From Stylophora pistillata (lineage: Eukaryota): 64,000 bases of DNA. Location: positions 223,560 through 287,559 of the forward strand of contig NW_019218140.1 of NCBI RefSeq assembly GCF_002571385.2, read 5' to 3'. A program made the translations under genes and the position numbers. Every line of letters begins with the position of its first letter. Position 1 is the stretch's first letter. The notes beneath the pieces were generated by a model. That model saw only the letters and a program-made list of their open reading frames with translations, did not search any database and was not told the DNA's origin. This document shows positions 1-11,230 of the stretch, in pieces.

Positions 1-745
1 CGTTGTTTAGAATTTCTTCGACCCAGCTAGTAAAAGCGGCTGGGTCAGCATCTGGTGTTTTGTAGATTGCTCCACATAAAATCTTCTTCGTTTTTGGCTG
101 GCACACTTCAAACCAAATTGATTCAAAGTTGTCGTTCCGTGTTTGGATTGTACTTTCTTCAAGCCGACTGTAATTTAGTTGTTCTACTATGTATACTGCA
201 ACGCCACCGCCATTTTCGTCTCTGTCTTTTCGCATAACATTGTAGCAAGGGAGAGCTGTTTCCGCGTCGGTGAACGAGTCATCAAGCCAAGTCTCGTTTA
301 TTGTCACGATGTGCGGTTTGTGCTCGTCGCAGAATAGTCTAAGTTTGTCCATTTTGTTTCGTAGGCTGCAAATGTTGAGGTGAAGTAAGCGAAGACCTTT
401 CATCAGAGATAGCGAGGGCTGTGTTGGTCCAGAATTTAGTGAAACGTCGTTAGACAGGAGAATTAGGTTTGCAGCTAGTGCCGAATTCAATAATTTCGTT
501 GCATTGATGAGTTTAACACTTCCCGTTGTTTGCGATCGAGCCTTCTTGCTGGCTTGCTTATCACCGATTGGCTTCACTGCTTTGATGTTTACTGTGTTCG
601 CAGTCTTTGCTACCATCAGTTTAGATAATCTTTCATTTCTGGGTAGTTTCAGTAGACATTCGGCCAGTTTACAAACTATTAAGCTAACTAAGAGATACAC
701 TAAAATGGAGCAAACGGCGGAACGCAAACGCAGAACAGCCGCCAT
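1..745 (-). mobile_element. 5' part of an APE-type non-LTR retrotransposon (CR1/L2-like) ORF: hydrophobic N-terminus, 2A-like motif, AP endonuclease; runs off the window's left edge
   Basis: Minus-strand frame open from ATG 745 to base 1, absent from the ORF track because it has no stop. It reads MAAVLRLRSAVCSILVYLLVSLIVCKLAEC...LILLSNDVSLNSGP...GLRLLHLNICSLRNK...HIVTINETWL...RKDRDENGGGVAVYI...FESIWFEV...ILCGAIYKTP, which contains the classic EEP/APE motifs. Confidence 0.9.
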
Positions 746-1339
746 ATTCACAGCAGCCAAGGTTTTTATGAAATTCAAGTAGTATATGGTTTGCAAGAAA
801 AGCTCAGTACGTTTGACGAGTTGGCGACGTTGTTAAATTTACCAAAAATTCAACAACGAAAGTAGTCAAGCACCTGTAATTCATGCTTTCCGAAGGGGTT
901 GATTTCCTTTTCAAAATAAATGAATAAGTACGGTAACTTAATCCCGCTGAGGGGAAGCAATGAGAGCTCTCTGTCTAATAACCACGAATTGAAGTCGTTT
1001 GGAGTAGCGCGCTTGAGCCCCTCACCAACTATGAGCTATTCAGAAGATGTCCCGATGCCACTTCGAGTTGAAAGGATTGTCAAAACTCTTCCTTTCTCAG
1101 ATGAATGAACCTTTTCAGGAATACCAAAAAAAAAAAAAAACTCGAGAATTTTTCAGAGAAGGCATATTCAAGGCCTGATGTCTATTTGTGAAGTGTTTAA
1201 TCGATATTCTGAAGGAACTGCACAACACATTTATCTATATTACACTACTCCCAGCAACTCTCTGGTTAAAGGGTAAGTCTACGGTGTCCAATTGATGGGT
1301 CAGCGGTGGTTTAGAAAAATGTTGAGAAGTCAACTCCGA

Positions 1340-3310
1340 ACGAAATATCAACGTAACAGGCAATCAATTGAAAGAGGATCGTAAAAGCGCGCGAGATACT
1401 AACGTGGCAATCGATTGAAAGAGAATCCTAAAAGTGCACGAGATACTAACTTAACGATTAAATGAAAGATGGCCTTTAAAGAGCGCAAGTTGCTAGCACA
1501 ACAATCCTATCAAAGAAAATCCTAAAAGTGTGCGAGATCCTAATGTAACCATCCAATGAAAGTGAATCCTAAAAGTGCACCAAATGTCAACGTAACAATC
1601 CAAAGAAATACAGTCCTAAAAGTGCTCCAGGCACTAATTGTTACTAACTTGTAACTAATTGTTACAATCGAGTTAAAGAGAATCCTAGAGTGGGCTAGAT
1701 ACTAACGAAACAGTCGAATAACAGAAAATACTAAAAATGCATAAGATATCAACATAACAATCCAATAAAAGAGAATGCTAAAAATACGCGAGATGAAAAC
1801 GTAACAATCCAATGAAGGAGAATCCCAAAAGTGCGCCCGATACTAATCTAACAATCGAGTTAAAGAGAATTTTAAGGTGGGCGAGATACTAACGTAACAA
1901 TCAAGGATAAGAAAATCCTAAAAGGGAGCTCATTACTCTAACGCAATTTTCCAATTCAAAGGAATCCTAAAAGTGCGCCAGCTACTGATGAAACAATCGA
2001 ATGAAGGAGAACCCCAAAAGTGCGCAAGATACTAATGTAACCATCCAACGAAATAGAATCCTTGGAGTGCACAAGATGCTAATTTAAAAGGAGTGTGCGA
2101 GATATAAAAGTTACAATTAAATGAAAGAGAGTCCCAAAAGTGCACGATATATAAATGTAACAATCGAGTGAAAGAGAGTCTTAAACGTAAGNNNNNNNNN
2201 NNNNNNNNNNNNNNNNNNNNNNNNNNNNNNNNNNNNNNNNNNNNNNNNNNNNNNNNNNNNNNNNNNNNNNNNNNNNNNNNNNNNNNNCATAACAATCCAA
2301 TGAAAAAAATCCTAAAAAGGCACGAGATGTACACATAACAATCGAATGGAATATAGTCCTAAAAGTGCGCTAGATACTAACGTAACCATCCGAACGAGAT
2401 GCTGGCATAACAACCTAATGAAAAAGCGAATCCTAAAAGTGTGCGAGGTACTAACGTAACCATCCGCACGAGATGCTGACATAACAATCTAATGAAAAAG
2501 CGAATCCTAGAAGTGCGCGAGATACTAACGTAACAATCGAATGAAAGAGAGTCCTGAAAGCGCACGAGATGCTAACATAACAATCTAATTAAAAAGGCAA
2601 TCCAAAAAGTGCGCGAGATACTAACCTAACAATCGAACGAAAGAGAGTCCTAAAAGCGCACGAGATGCTAACATAACAATCTAATGAAAAAGCGAATCCT
2701 AAAATTGCGTGAGATACTAACGTAACAATCGAATGAAAGAGAGCCCTGAAAGCGCACGAGATGCTAACATAACAATCTAATGAAAAAGTGAATCCTAAAA
2801 GTGCGCGAGATACTAACGTAACAATCGAATGAAATAGAGTCCTAAAAGGGCACGAAATGCTGACATAACAATCTAATGAAAAAGCGAATCCTAAAAGCGC
2901 GCGAGATACTAACGTAACAATTGAATGAAAAAGAGTCCTAAAAGCGCACGAGATGCTGACATAACAATCTAATGAAAAAGCGAATCCTAAAAGTGCACGA
3001 GACACAAACGTAACAATCGAATGAAAGGGAATCCTAAAAGTGCGCGAGATATTGACGTAACAATGGAACGAAAGAGAATCATAAAAGCGCGCGAGATGCA
3101 AACGTGCACCAGATACCAATGTAACAGTCGAATGATAGAGAATCATAAAGCTTGGCGAGATACTAACGGAATAATGAAATGAAAGAAAATCCTTAAAGTG
3201 CACGATATACCAACGCCCCAATCCAATGAGAGAGAATCCTGAAAGTGCGCCAGATACTAATCGACAATTAAATGAAAGAGAGTCCTCAAAGTACTCGAGA
3301 TACTAACATG
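1340..3310. repeat. Tandem satellite, ~47-bp monomer with a 96-bp (47+49) higher-order dimer in its core; contains an assembly gap (N 2192-2287)
   Basis: Repeated unit approximately GAGATACTAACGTAACAATCGAATGAAAGAGAATCCTAAAAGTGCGC. Between ~2520 and 3000 it alternates with GAGATGCTAACATAACAATCTAATGAAAAAGCGAATCCTAAAAGTGCGC. The spurious ORF 2589-3221 shows a matching 32-aa period. Confidence 0.95.
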
Positions 3311-4859
3311 ACATTCATTAATCATTTTAATAAACAGAAAAAGTTAATTTTGAGTTTGATTCTTTGAAAGATATCTTCCTAATAAACGTCAACCGTCTAA
3401 AGCCTAAGAAATTAACTGTCAATCGTCAAAATCGAAAAACTTAATCGTGAACCATCAAAAATACCCCGCCATTAAGTCCCTCCTGGTGCCTACCTTCGAA
3501 TAATTTAACCACGCACGCCGGCTCGTACGTGTCTTTGGGGCTACCTTACATCGTCTCATCTGGTTTGTGCTACATTTAAATTCAAGGACTTGCGGGGTGG
3601 TACCAAAAAAAAGTGATGATCATCAGACGTCTGACGATTTGAAGCCTCTAAAACGTAACTGAAGTTCCGAGGAACAAGGGAATTAGAGTGTGCTCTGCCT
3701 GTATCTAGCTTTTATGAATAAAGATGTTCCCTGAATGCAAGGAAAAGGATTGGAACTGTCAGATAGCCGGTAGTCTTAAAATCGCAAAGAGTGAAGAATG
3801 GCATTTCCTGCATCATGAAGATAAACAGAAAGATGAGCCATTGTGTTAGGATTTCCTTGTGTGCTGAACGCAGGGTGTAGGAGCCTTCTCTACCATTAAC
3901 CATAGCTTAGATCGTAGAATTGTGATCTTCTTTGCAAAGGCATTACCTGGACACTAATTTCAAGCTGAGCAGTCGATACAGGAAAATTAAATACGACATA
4001 ACATCTTTTTAACAAAACCGCTCAGTTAATTTTGGTAATTTAATACTACATGTGCATCAAATTCCATACTGGCGAGTTTCGCAAGAACGATGTTGATTAT
4101 GTGGATATAGTGAAGCTAAGGGAGACTATAGAGTCGGAAGCCTATAGCTAAGTGATGTGGAGATTGAGTACAAGTCCATCAATCCCTCATGCGCAGCACT
4201 CTCACAAAATTAATTCTTCCGTCCATTGCGCAGAAGTCCAGCAAAGAAGCGCCTGAAAGGAACATTCCCGGATTACCACAAATGAATCCATAAGAATCTA
4301 TCCCTGCCGCGAAAAATAAAAATACCGATCAGGATTGATAACAAAAGTATGGTAGACTTGACCTCAAGTCCACCTTTGCCATCAATAGATCAGGTAGAAA
4401 TTTAAGTTGGCCTTCAGGTGAACGATTATTCTGTACTCTCCGCAACCTTCTTGTTTTTCAACTTAAAACTCTCTGTGCCTCAGTACATTGCTTTCGCAGA
4501 TCTTTATTGAAGAGTGTATTGACCATAAAGTTTTACAGCCCATCAACCAGGAACAGGGAACCAGCCAAGAGACCTCAAAGACCAGATCAGTTCAGACTGA
4601 ACTCACAGACCAAAGTGCAGTTCAGAACTACGGGTAGACAGGTCAGTTTACTCTCTTCAAAAGAACAAAAATTTTAGTCTTCGAGTAATTTCGAAAAATT
4701 TCGTGATAAAAAATTATCTTGATTCAAAAGATGAACTCTTTCTATTACACTGACACCTTAAAAGTATAATCCATGAACAATGAGGCCCAACGACTTTATG
4801 TTCGCACTGTTACATAAACTACCGGCTGTATTTAAAAATACTATAGTTGTAGTCAAGCA

Positions 4860-5885
4860 TGATAATAAATAAATTTTTTTGTTGTCACTTACTAAAAACT
4901 TTGTGTGAGAAAATTTCGGTTAAAATACTATAACCTTCTTCAGCAATAAAATGGCTAGGAAGCAAATGAGCGCTTTAAAAAGAGCCGCAGAAACGTCACT
5001 TGGGATTGCCAAGGGCCTTGTAAATGTCAGGAATGTAAATGTGTTCATTAATGGCATTCGGTTCACAAATTGAATGCCACGCTTCTAAAAATAATCTTTT
5101 CGACCATTGGGAACAGCGGTCAATGATCTTGACGTCCTCAGGGTCAAAATCATGATTGTATCGTTTTATACAATGTTGGGTTAATAAAGAATTTCTATCT
5201 CCCGTGAAAATCGCTCTCTTGTGTTCTCTAATCCTGGATCTTAAGGCTCTTGATGTTTCACCGATATAACTTTGTCACAATCTTTACAACTGATTTTATA
5301 GATCACTCCTGTCGATAAGTCTTTACTAAATTTGTCTTTAGGTTTTTTAGAATGGAGCCAACGGTCGTTACGGGTTTGTGGGCAACATTGATATTGAATT
5401 GATTAAAAGTTCTTGCAATTTTTTCTGAAATTCCTTGAAAATATGGCAGGGTGACAAAACCTCTGTTGGTTTGAGACTGATTTGTAGACCCCGTCAGTGG
5501 TGCTTTGCCAGCTTCTAATAAATTGTTTGGTGTAACCATTGATCTTCAGGGCGTCGACCACGTGTTGTATTTCGGATAATCTGTCTGCGTCGGTAGACGG
5601 GATGTTCTTTGCTCTCTCGAGAAGGGTTCTAGCTACTGAGCGTTTGTGTTGAGAAGGGTGGTGAGAGTTCAATTGAAGGTATTTGTCAGTGTGTGTGGTT
5701 GTCCGGTGGACGCTAGTTTTTATAGTTCCATCGGGATTCCTGCCTGTCATGGTGTCCATGGTGTTTAAAGCACTCATTTGCTTTCGTAGCCATTTCATTG
5801 CTGAAGAAGGTTATAGTATTTTAACCGAAACGTCCTCACACGAAGTTTTTTAGACAGTGACAACAAAAAAATTTTATTTACTATC
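4860..5885 (-). mobile_element. Degenerate Penelope-like element fragment (RT C-terminus plus GIY-YIG endonuclease) bracketed by ~120-bp inverted pLTR-like repeats
   Basis: Minus strand gives SVHRTTTHTDKYLQLNSHHPSQHKRSV, VTLPYFQGISEKIAR and GVIYKISCKDC..(frameshift)YIGETSR..RIREH..RLFLEAWH. Bases 4860-4980 are the reverse complement of 5763-5885. Several frameshifts are present. Confidence 0.9.
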
Positions 5886-7571
5886 GACTGTACTTTGACT
5901 TCGTTTCATGATTCATGACAAATCTTTTTAAAATGGCCTCTATCGTTTCCACGGCCGTGTAACTAATCGTGGTTATCATGTACAAGTGTAGCAATAAAGC
6001 CGTTGGGTCGCATCGTTCATTGCTGACGCTCTTTGGGTGTCAACGTTTTTGCAATCCTGTGTATCCATAGAGATGGAATGAAGACCGAAATCATTTTGTT
6101 TCGTTATTTTGAAACAGCGCTGGAATAAACACTTTTAAAGTTTCGAAATAGGGTGCAAATCGATTGACTGCCTTAAATCAGCACAGATATCGTCACACCG
6201 GCCAATCAGAAAAAAGGAAAAATGTTAAACCAAAGTAAAAATATGCACACAGCTTGAGTCGTGGATAAGTGTCTGATTTGTTGAGAGGGTGGCCAGAATT
6301 TCTGGACCAATAGCAGGGCGATGTAATCGCAAAACTACAGTAGTACAATCTTGTATTACTTTCAACACCCAAAAAGGCAATCTAAAATGTCAGCATTGAT
6401 TAGAAAGGTACGTTCTGAATTCAAGGTGTGTGATATCATCTTGACCCACCCTGTTTCCATTTATCATAGACTTTTCCCAATTGACCTCAAACAAGTTCCA
6501 GTTACCTGTTATTCACCTAAAATAATCTAACCAAAGGTCAAGAACCTTGAACCAACAACCCTTAAATCCATTTTGCTCGCCACATCATCATCCTTTGCAG
6601 GAAAGGTGGTGAGGCAGAGTGCATCAAACGGAATGATTCCACTGAATAGTATCCATCTCTGTGGCAGTTAAAAACAATCTGTAGGAAAGCAACATACCAA
6701 CTTCATAGCCTCCCCCCCCCCACGTTCCCCTTTGTCTGTAGTGTTCGCGTAAGCCCAAGTCACGGTCAAGAATGCCCCTTTGTAAAACTTTTGAAATCAG
6801 TGAACGCAAATGAAGTTCTAGTATGTGCACGTGGGATCCTAGTTTGAACAGGCTACCCAACTAAAACGGAAAGTGCCGTCATGGGTTTGTTTGAGGCGGG
6901 CCGATTACGTCGGCGACCCATTGCTTAGAATAAATCGGCTTGATTTCATTTGTTTGTCTTTTTGTTTGTTTTCCATTCGCGTTAGCCATTTTTCACGCCT
7001 TATACCTACCAGTGAACATGTTTATTTGATACAACTATGCAAATGTCATGAACTGTAGAGTTTGCGTGGTCGTAGAGGGTCACCTGTTACGCTCGGGAAA
7101 TGACTCTGAAGGGCGCGCATGAGTGCAGAATGAGTCACGAACATTAAGCGCGTCAGTTATTTCCCTAATCGCCTTGTGAGACTTTTGTTTTGCTTGAAAG
7201 TCGATATGACTTGTATTAAGGCCATAAAAATCCCTGGTCATTGGGTCAAGCGTCGTTTGGGTGTCAAATACGTAATATATTTGTTCTGAGAGCCTATGAT
7301 GATCTTTAAATAGCAAGCGTACAACCTGCCTCACACATATTTGTTGTTTATAAAAACCAATTGCACAAAGCGAGATGAAAACTGAAATTGACCTCTTGAA
7401 ATGTCTTTCATCTTGAACTTGTATGAGTTGAATGGTTTATGGCCTCGGAAGTGGTTTGGAGCTGTTTAAGAATGCAGCCCGCCATACGAGAGCGATAAAT
7501 ACACTCGCGGTCAGATAAGCTGATCCAAGCCCGCCTGTGATAACATATTCAGAAACGACGAAATCCAAGAT

Positions 7572-8960
7572 ATGAGTCGCGTATTCCTTCTAACCCATTA
7601 CACGCCCCACGCAACAGAAATGTCAGCCGCTCGCAACGAAGAAGATTCCTCCACCACGCGGGCCGAGACCAACAACAGTGAACACTATGAAGTTGAAGTA
7701 TTTAAATCACAGATTGTCACTGTGGCATCGTGTGGCTTAAGAGAGGCTATAGAGAATATACGTTATAAAAGCTGTGGTGATCCGACTGTTGTTGTGGAAG
7801 CGAACAATGGCGCAACAAGTTCACCCTTACCTGAGGAAACTGATAGCAAAAAAACTGTTGCCATCCCTAGCAGCGCAGAACATAAAACAAGACGATTTAA
7901 ACGGATTTCTCTTCCACAGTGGCTTCTCAAGCCCAGCAGAAAATCTTCGCATAACTCATCTCGAATACGAAGAATAACTGGCCCGGGTGGAAAACATAGA
8001 ATTTTACGGATTAACTCGGCACCGAAAACTCTCGGTCCAAGCGGAAACGGCTTTGCCCATTATGGAGACGATGATAAATTCCACATTTTTCAAAAGGGCT
8101 CATCGAAAGACAGAGGACATCAACACAGCTTATCGGACTTAAAACCCGTCAAAGAAACGCGAAAAATTAGAAGGATCTCATTGCCTGCTCATGTTTTGGA
8201 AGGGGGATCACAAACAGTAGAAACTTCCTTGCCTCGTACCCCAGAACCAACAAGACGGAATATATTCGATGAAATAGATGAAAAATTTATTCATTCTTTA
8301 CGAATCGACGATCCACGGGTCGCAAATAAAACACTTTCAAAACCAGGCGCCTCCGGTAAGGAAAAGGTTGAAAGTCCATCCCATGAGAATAACAATAAAG
8401 CGGCCTCTGTCGATCACGAAGGGAAATTGTCATCACCTCGTGGAACGCGCGAGGGCTCCCTTCAATTTAAAAATGTGCGGAAAGAGAGTTCCGGATCGGT
8501 AATTTTTAAACCCTCTCGACCGGTACTTAAATTGCACAAGTTTCACAACCCGGACATATTTTACGTTCCTTTGCCAGAGGATGATTCGCAGAACTTAGAC
8601 CCCTTGCCGCACAAATTGTGCCGCGCGCGGCTGATCGAGCCGAAGAACGAAAACTACATGATACAAGAATGTGTTCGGGACGAATTACAAGCGTTTCTAC
8701 ACGACAAGCAGTTCTGCAGTCGATCTTGCCAACAATGGTGTCTGGAATTGAGCCAGAACATTAAAACTTGTGTACACAAAATGAAAGATTGCGAGAGTAA
8801 GATCGCTTGTGTGGTTTACATCGGTGCGCTTCGTGGACATGGCATCCACGCAGCCACTCAGTGTATATGGGTACCAAATGAAGACAATTTTATAACAGTG
8901 AAATTTAAAAATCGTTCAATGATGGCTATAGCATCAGTTCTAGCGATCAAATATGAATAA
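7572..8960 (+). CDS. Tctex1-domain-containing protein (TCTEX1D / dynein light chain Tctex-type-like) with a long disordered N-terminus, single coding exon
   Basis: 462-aa ORF. The last ~100 aa (IQECVRDELQAFLHDKQF...LELSQNIKTCV...KIACVVYIG...GIHAATQCIW...DNFITVKFKNRSMMAIASVLAIKYE) match the Tctex-1 domain pattern. AATAAA overlaps the stop and recurs at ~9039. The start could be either Met (7572 or 7620). Confidence 0.85.
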   Translation: MSRVFLLTHYTPHATEMSAARNEEDSSTTRAETNNSEHYEVEVFKSQIVTVASCGLREAIENIRYKSCGDPTVVVEANNGATSSPLPEETDSKKTVAIPSSAEHKTRRFKRISLPQWLLKPSRKSSHNSSRIRRITGPGGKHRILRINSAPKTLGPSGNGFAHYGDDDKFHIFQKGSSKDRGHQHSLSDLKPVKETRKIRRISLPAHVLEGGSQTVETSLPRTPEPTRRNIFDEIDEKFIHSLRIDDPRVANKTLSKPGASGKEKVESPSHENNNKAASVDHEGKLSSPRGTREGSLQFKNVRKESSGSVIFKPSRPVLKLHKFHNPDIFYVPLPEDDSQNLDPLPHKLCRARLIEPKNENYMIQECVRDELQAFLHDKQFCSRSCQQWCLELSQNIKTCVHKMKDCESKIACVVYIGALRGHGIHAATQCIWVPNEDNFITVKFKNRSMMAIASVLAIKYE

Positions 8961-10130
8961 ATTCCTCTTTCAGCAATATCCAGTCGTTGACAAGACTGTG
9001 CGGCGCTTATTACTTGACCTTCAGCTTCCATAGCTCCAAATAAAAATATCTGTTATCCATATCATGTGGTATTCTCGTGGTCTGTTTAAATCAAATGATC
9101 GTTACCACATACCGAGAAAGCCTCAATCACAGTGATAACATGCTACTTAGAATTCATTTTAGTTGAAATATTACAACATTTACAGAGCACAACATGTTGT
9201 CCATTATTTTACAAATGTTTCAAGTGGTATTAGTTACCATAATTGTTTGACACGGATCGATTTCAAGACCTTTCACATTTCAGCAGGCTGAGATCTCAAA
9301 TACTTTCTAATGTCGTAGTAGTAGCAAGTAGGATAAAAAAAGTTGTATATTTCTTACAAAACTTTCTAATGTATAGATATAATCAGTTTTCCGGGACTGA
9401 AAAAAGCGTATTTCTCGGGCTTGACTGGAGAAGTATTTCAATGGATAAAATACCGATGACCTTTATATTTTACGGCATAAAGCCCCAGTGACGGTATCAT
9501 ATAAACTTTGTCCCTAAGCCCTTGCAGATTGAAAATACGTGACCGGATTCATGAGCACTGAATTAGAATAATGCCGAGGCGTGTTCCCTATCGCTAGAAA
9601 CTGGGCTGGCTATCAGCGCGTGATCATCCAATAAAATCACGAGAAACAGAGTTTCGGCTTGGTTAGATGCTCCAAAAAAGGTGAATTAATGAATGAATGA
9701 ACATATAAATAAATAAATAAATAAATAAGTAAATAAACGAATGAATAAACAAAACTCGGGTAATCAGCATTCTGTTTTCGTTGTATTTCAAATGAAGTAA
9801 AACCCTTGTTCATCTGAACTACTTTTCCAATAGTTTCAGTTTCGGAAGATTTAAGATACGGCTTCTCGACGTTGTGATTTTCTGATAGAAAGGTTGTTTT
9901 ATGGCCCAGGGGGAGCTGGGCCGAAGAAACTCCTCGAGCTCTGTGGCTTACACAAATGGGCAGGGCTGCGCAAGAGTAACAGCTGGGTAGAGTTTTCAAC
10001 TTTGATAAGTTCTCTCCAACATAACTCAAAGCAGTTCGCAAAATTAAGGCAAGTGGTATTTAGTTAGAGAGAAGTTGACAGTGTGGATGTATGGGGAAGG
10101 AGACTTTTATTTCCTTCTAAAAGATAAAAG

Positions 10131-10456
10131 TAGGGACCTTAGGCAGTCAGGAAGGCAACGCTAAGGAAGACCAAGGAAGGCACTTATTGAAAAATGAGCT
10201 TACATCTTTAGTTAGAATTTAAGGCATGGCTGGATCGATGTGATCGCTGTCTCTTTTGGCGACACTCCTCAACTTTAGCATGCATACGCGAGTTCCAAAT
10301 GGAGACCTCAAATAATTATCCGTTGTTTTGCAGAGGACGGCTAAGAAATGTACAAAGTTTTAAAACGCAGATAGTGAGTTATAGTTCTGGTAACTAGCTC
10401 TTTTGTTCTGCCTAGTCCTCGTTGCTGTCGCCGTCTTGGTTTGCCTGTGGTCCCTA
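10131..10456. mobile_element. MITE-like repeat with TAGGGAC...GTCCCTA termini; related copy at 47752-48122
   Basis: Short terminal inverted repeats. Internal sequence (..GGCTAAGAAATGTACAA..TTTTAAAACGCA..CTCGTTGC..GTCG..) is shared with 47752-48122. Confidence 0.7.
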
Positions 10457-11230
10457 TCAACTTGATGAAGGCAACATGTCAGGTCATTGAACGCCCTGGA
10501 TGTCTTTTTCTTAGCAAAGAAAGATACTGAAACAGATAAAAACCCTCACTCGAATTGCAAAGCATCTCTATATTCTTGGGTTATGCTCCATAGGTATTTA
10601 GCTATGTCCATAAGAATCTCCTACGTAAGTATTTACAAGAAAGATGATTGTAAATCAGAATCAATCTAGACCACCTATCATAGCGAAAGACAACCCTACG
10701 GTACTACTCTAGATTTGATCAGTTTGTTTTGAGACAATTATGATCTGATTTCAAGCATTGACAGTCATATCACGATTTATAGTTTTCGTACTGATATTTT
10801 TCGGCGTAATTAAAGTGGCAAGTTTTTGCATATTTTCAAACTACGATTAAGCATATTGCAAAAATTATGAATCTCTCTCTAGGTGTTTACAAGAAGATTT
10901 GGTGTTACGTTCATGTTTACATTCGAGTTACTTTTTTCTATAAAATGCAACTTGCTGTCTGTATAGCTCAATAAAAACAACAAACTCTGCTTTGAATCCC
11001 CTTCAATAAAAAATATCAAACACTTGGAAAAAAAGCGTTTCCCAGATAAAAAACAAATGACCCACCCCGTGTACTTAGTATATTATTTGTATCGTAGAGC
11101 ACTTTTCGATTGCTGTAAAACCAAAATTTTTAGACTCAAACTTAAGCGTCTTGCACAATTCCCAACATTCCACGCGCGCACCGCATATCATCATAGCAGT
11201 CTTTACTCCACATGTATTTTGCAGTCTGAG

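Noticed and set aside
920-1108. 62-aa ORF that could be a terminal exon of a gene outside the window
   Set aside because: No recognisable domain and no convincing splice acceptor; cannot be supported.
2589-3221. 210-aa ORF with 32-aa repeats; CRISPR-like regularity of the array
   Set aside because: Antisense read-through of the 96-bp satellite unit. There are no unique spacers and the context is eukaryotic.
3560-4700. Possibly decayed LTR-retroelement coding sequence
   Set aside because: Coding-like composition, but no motif I could read with confidence in any frame.
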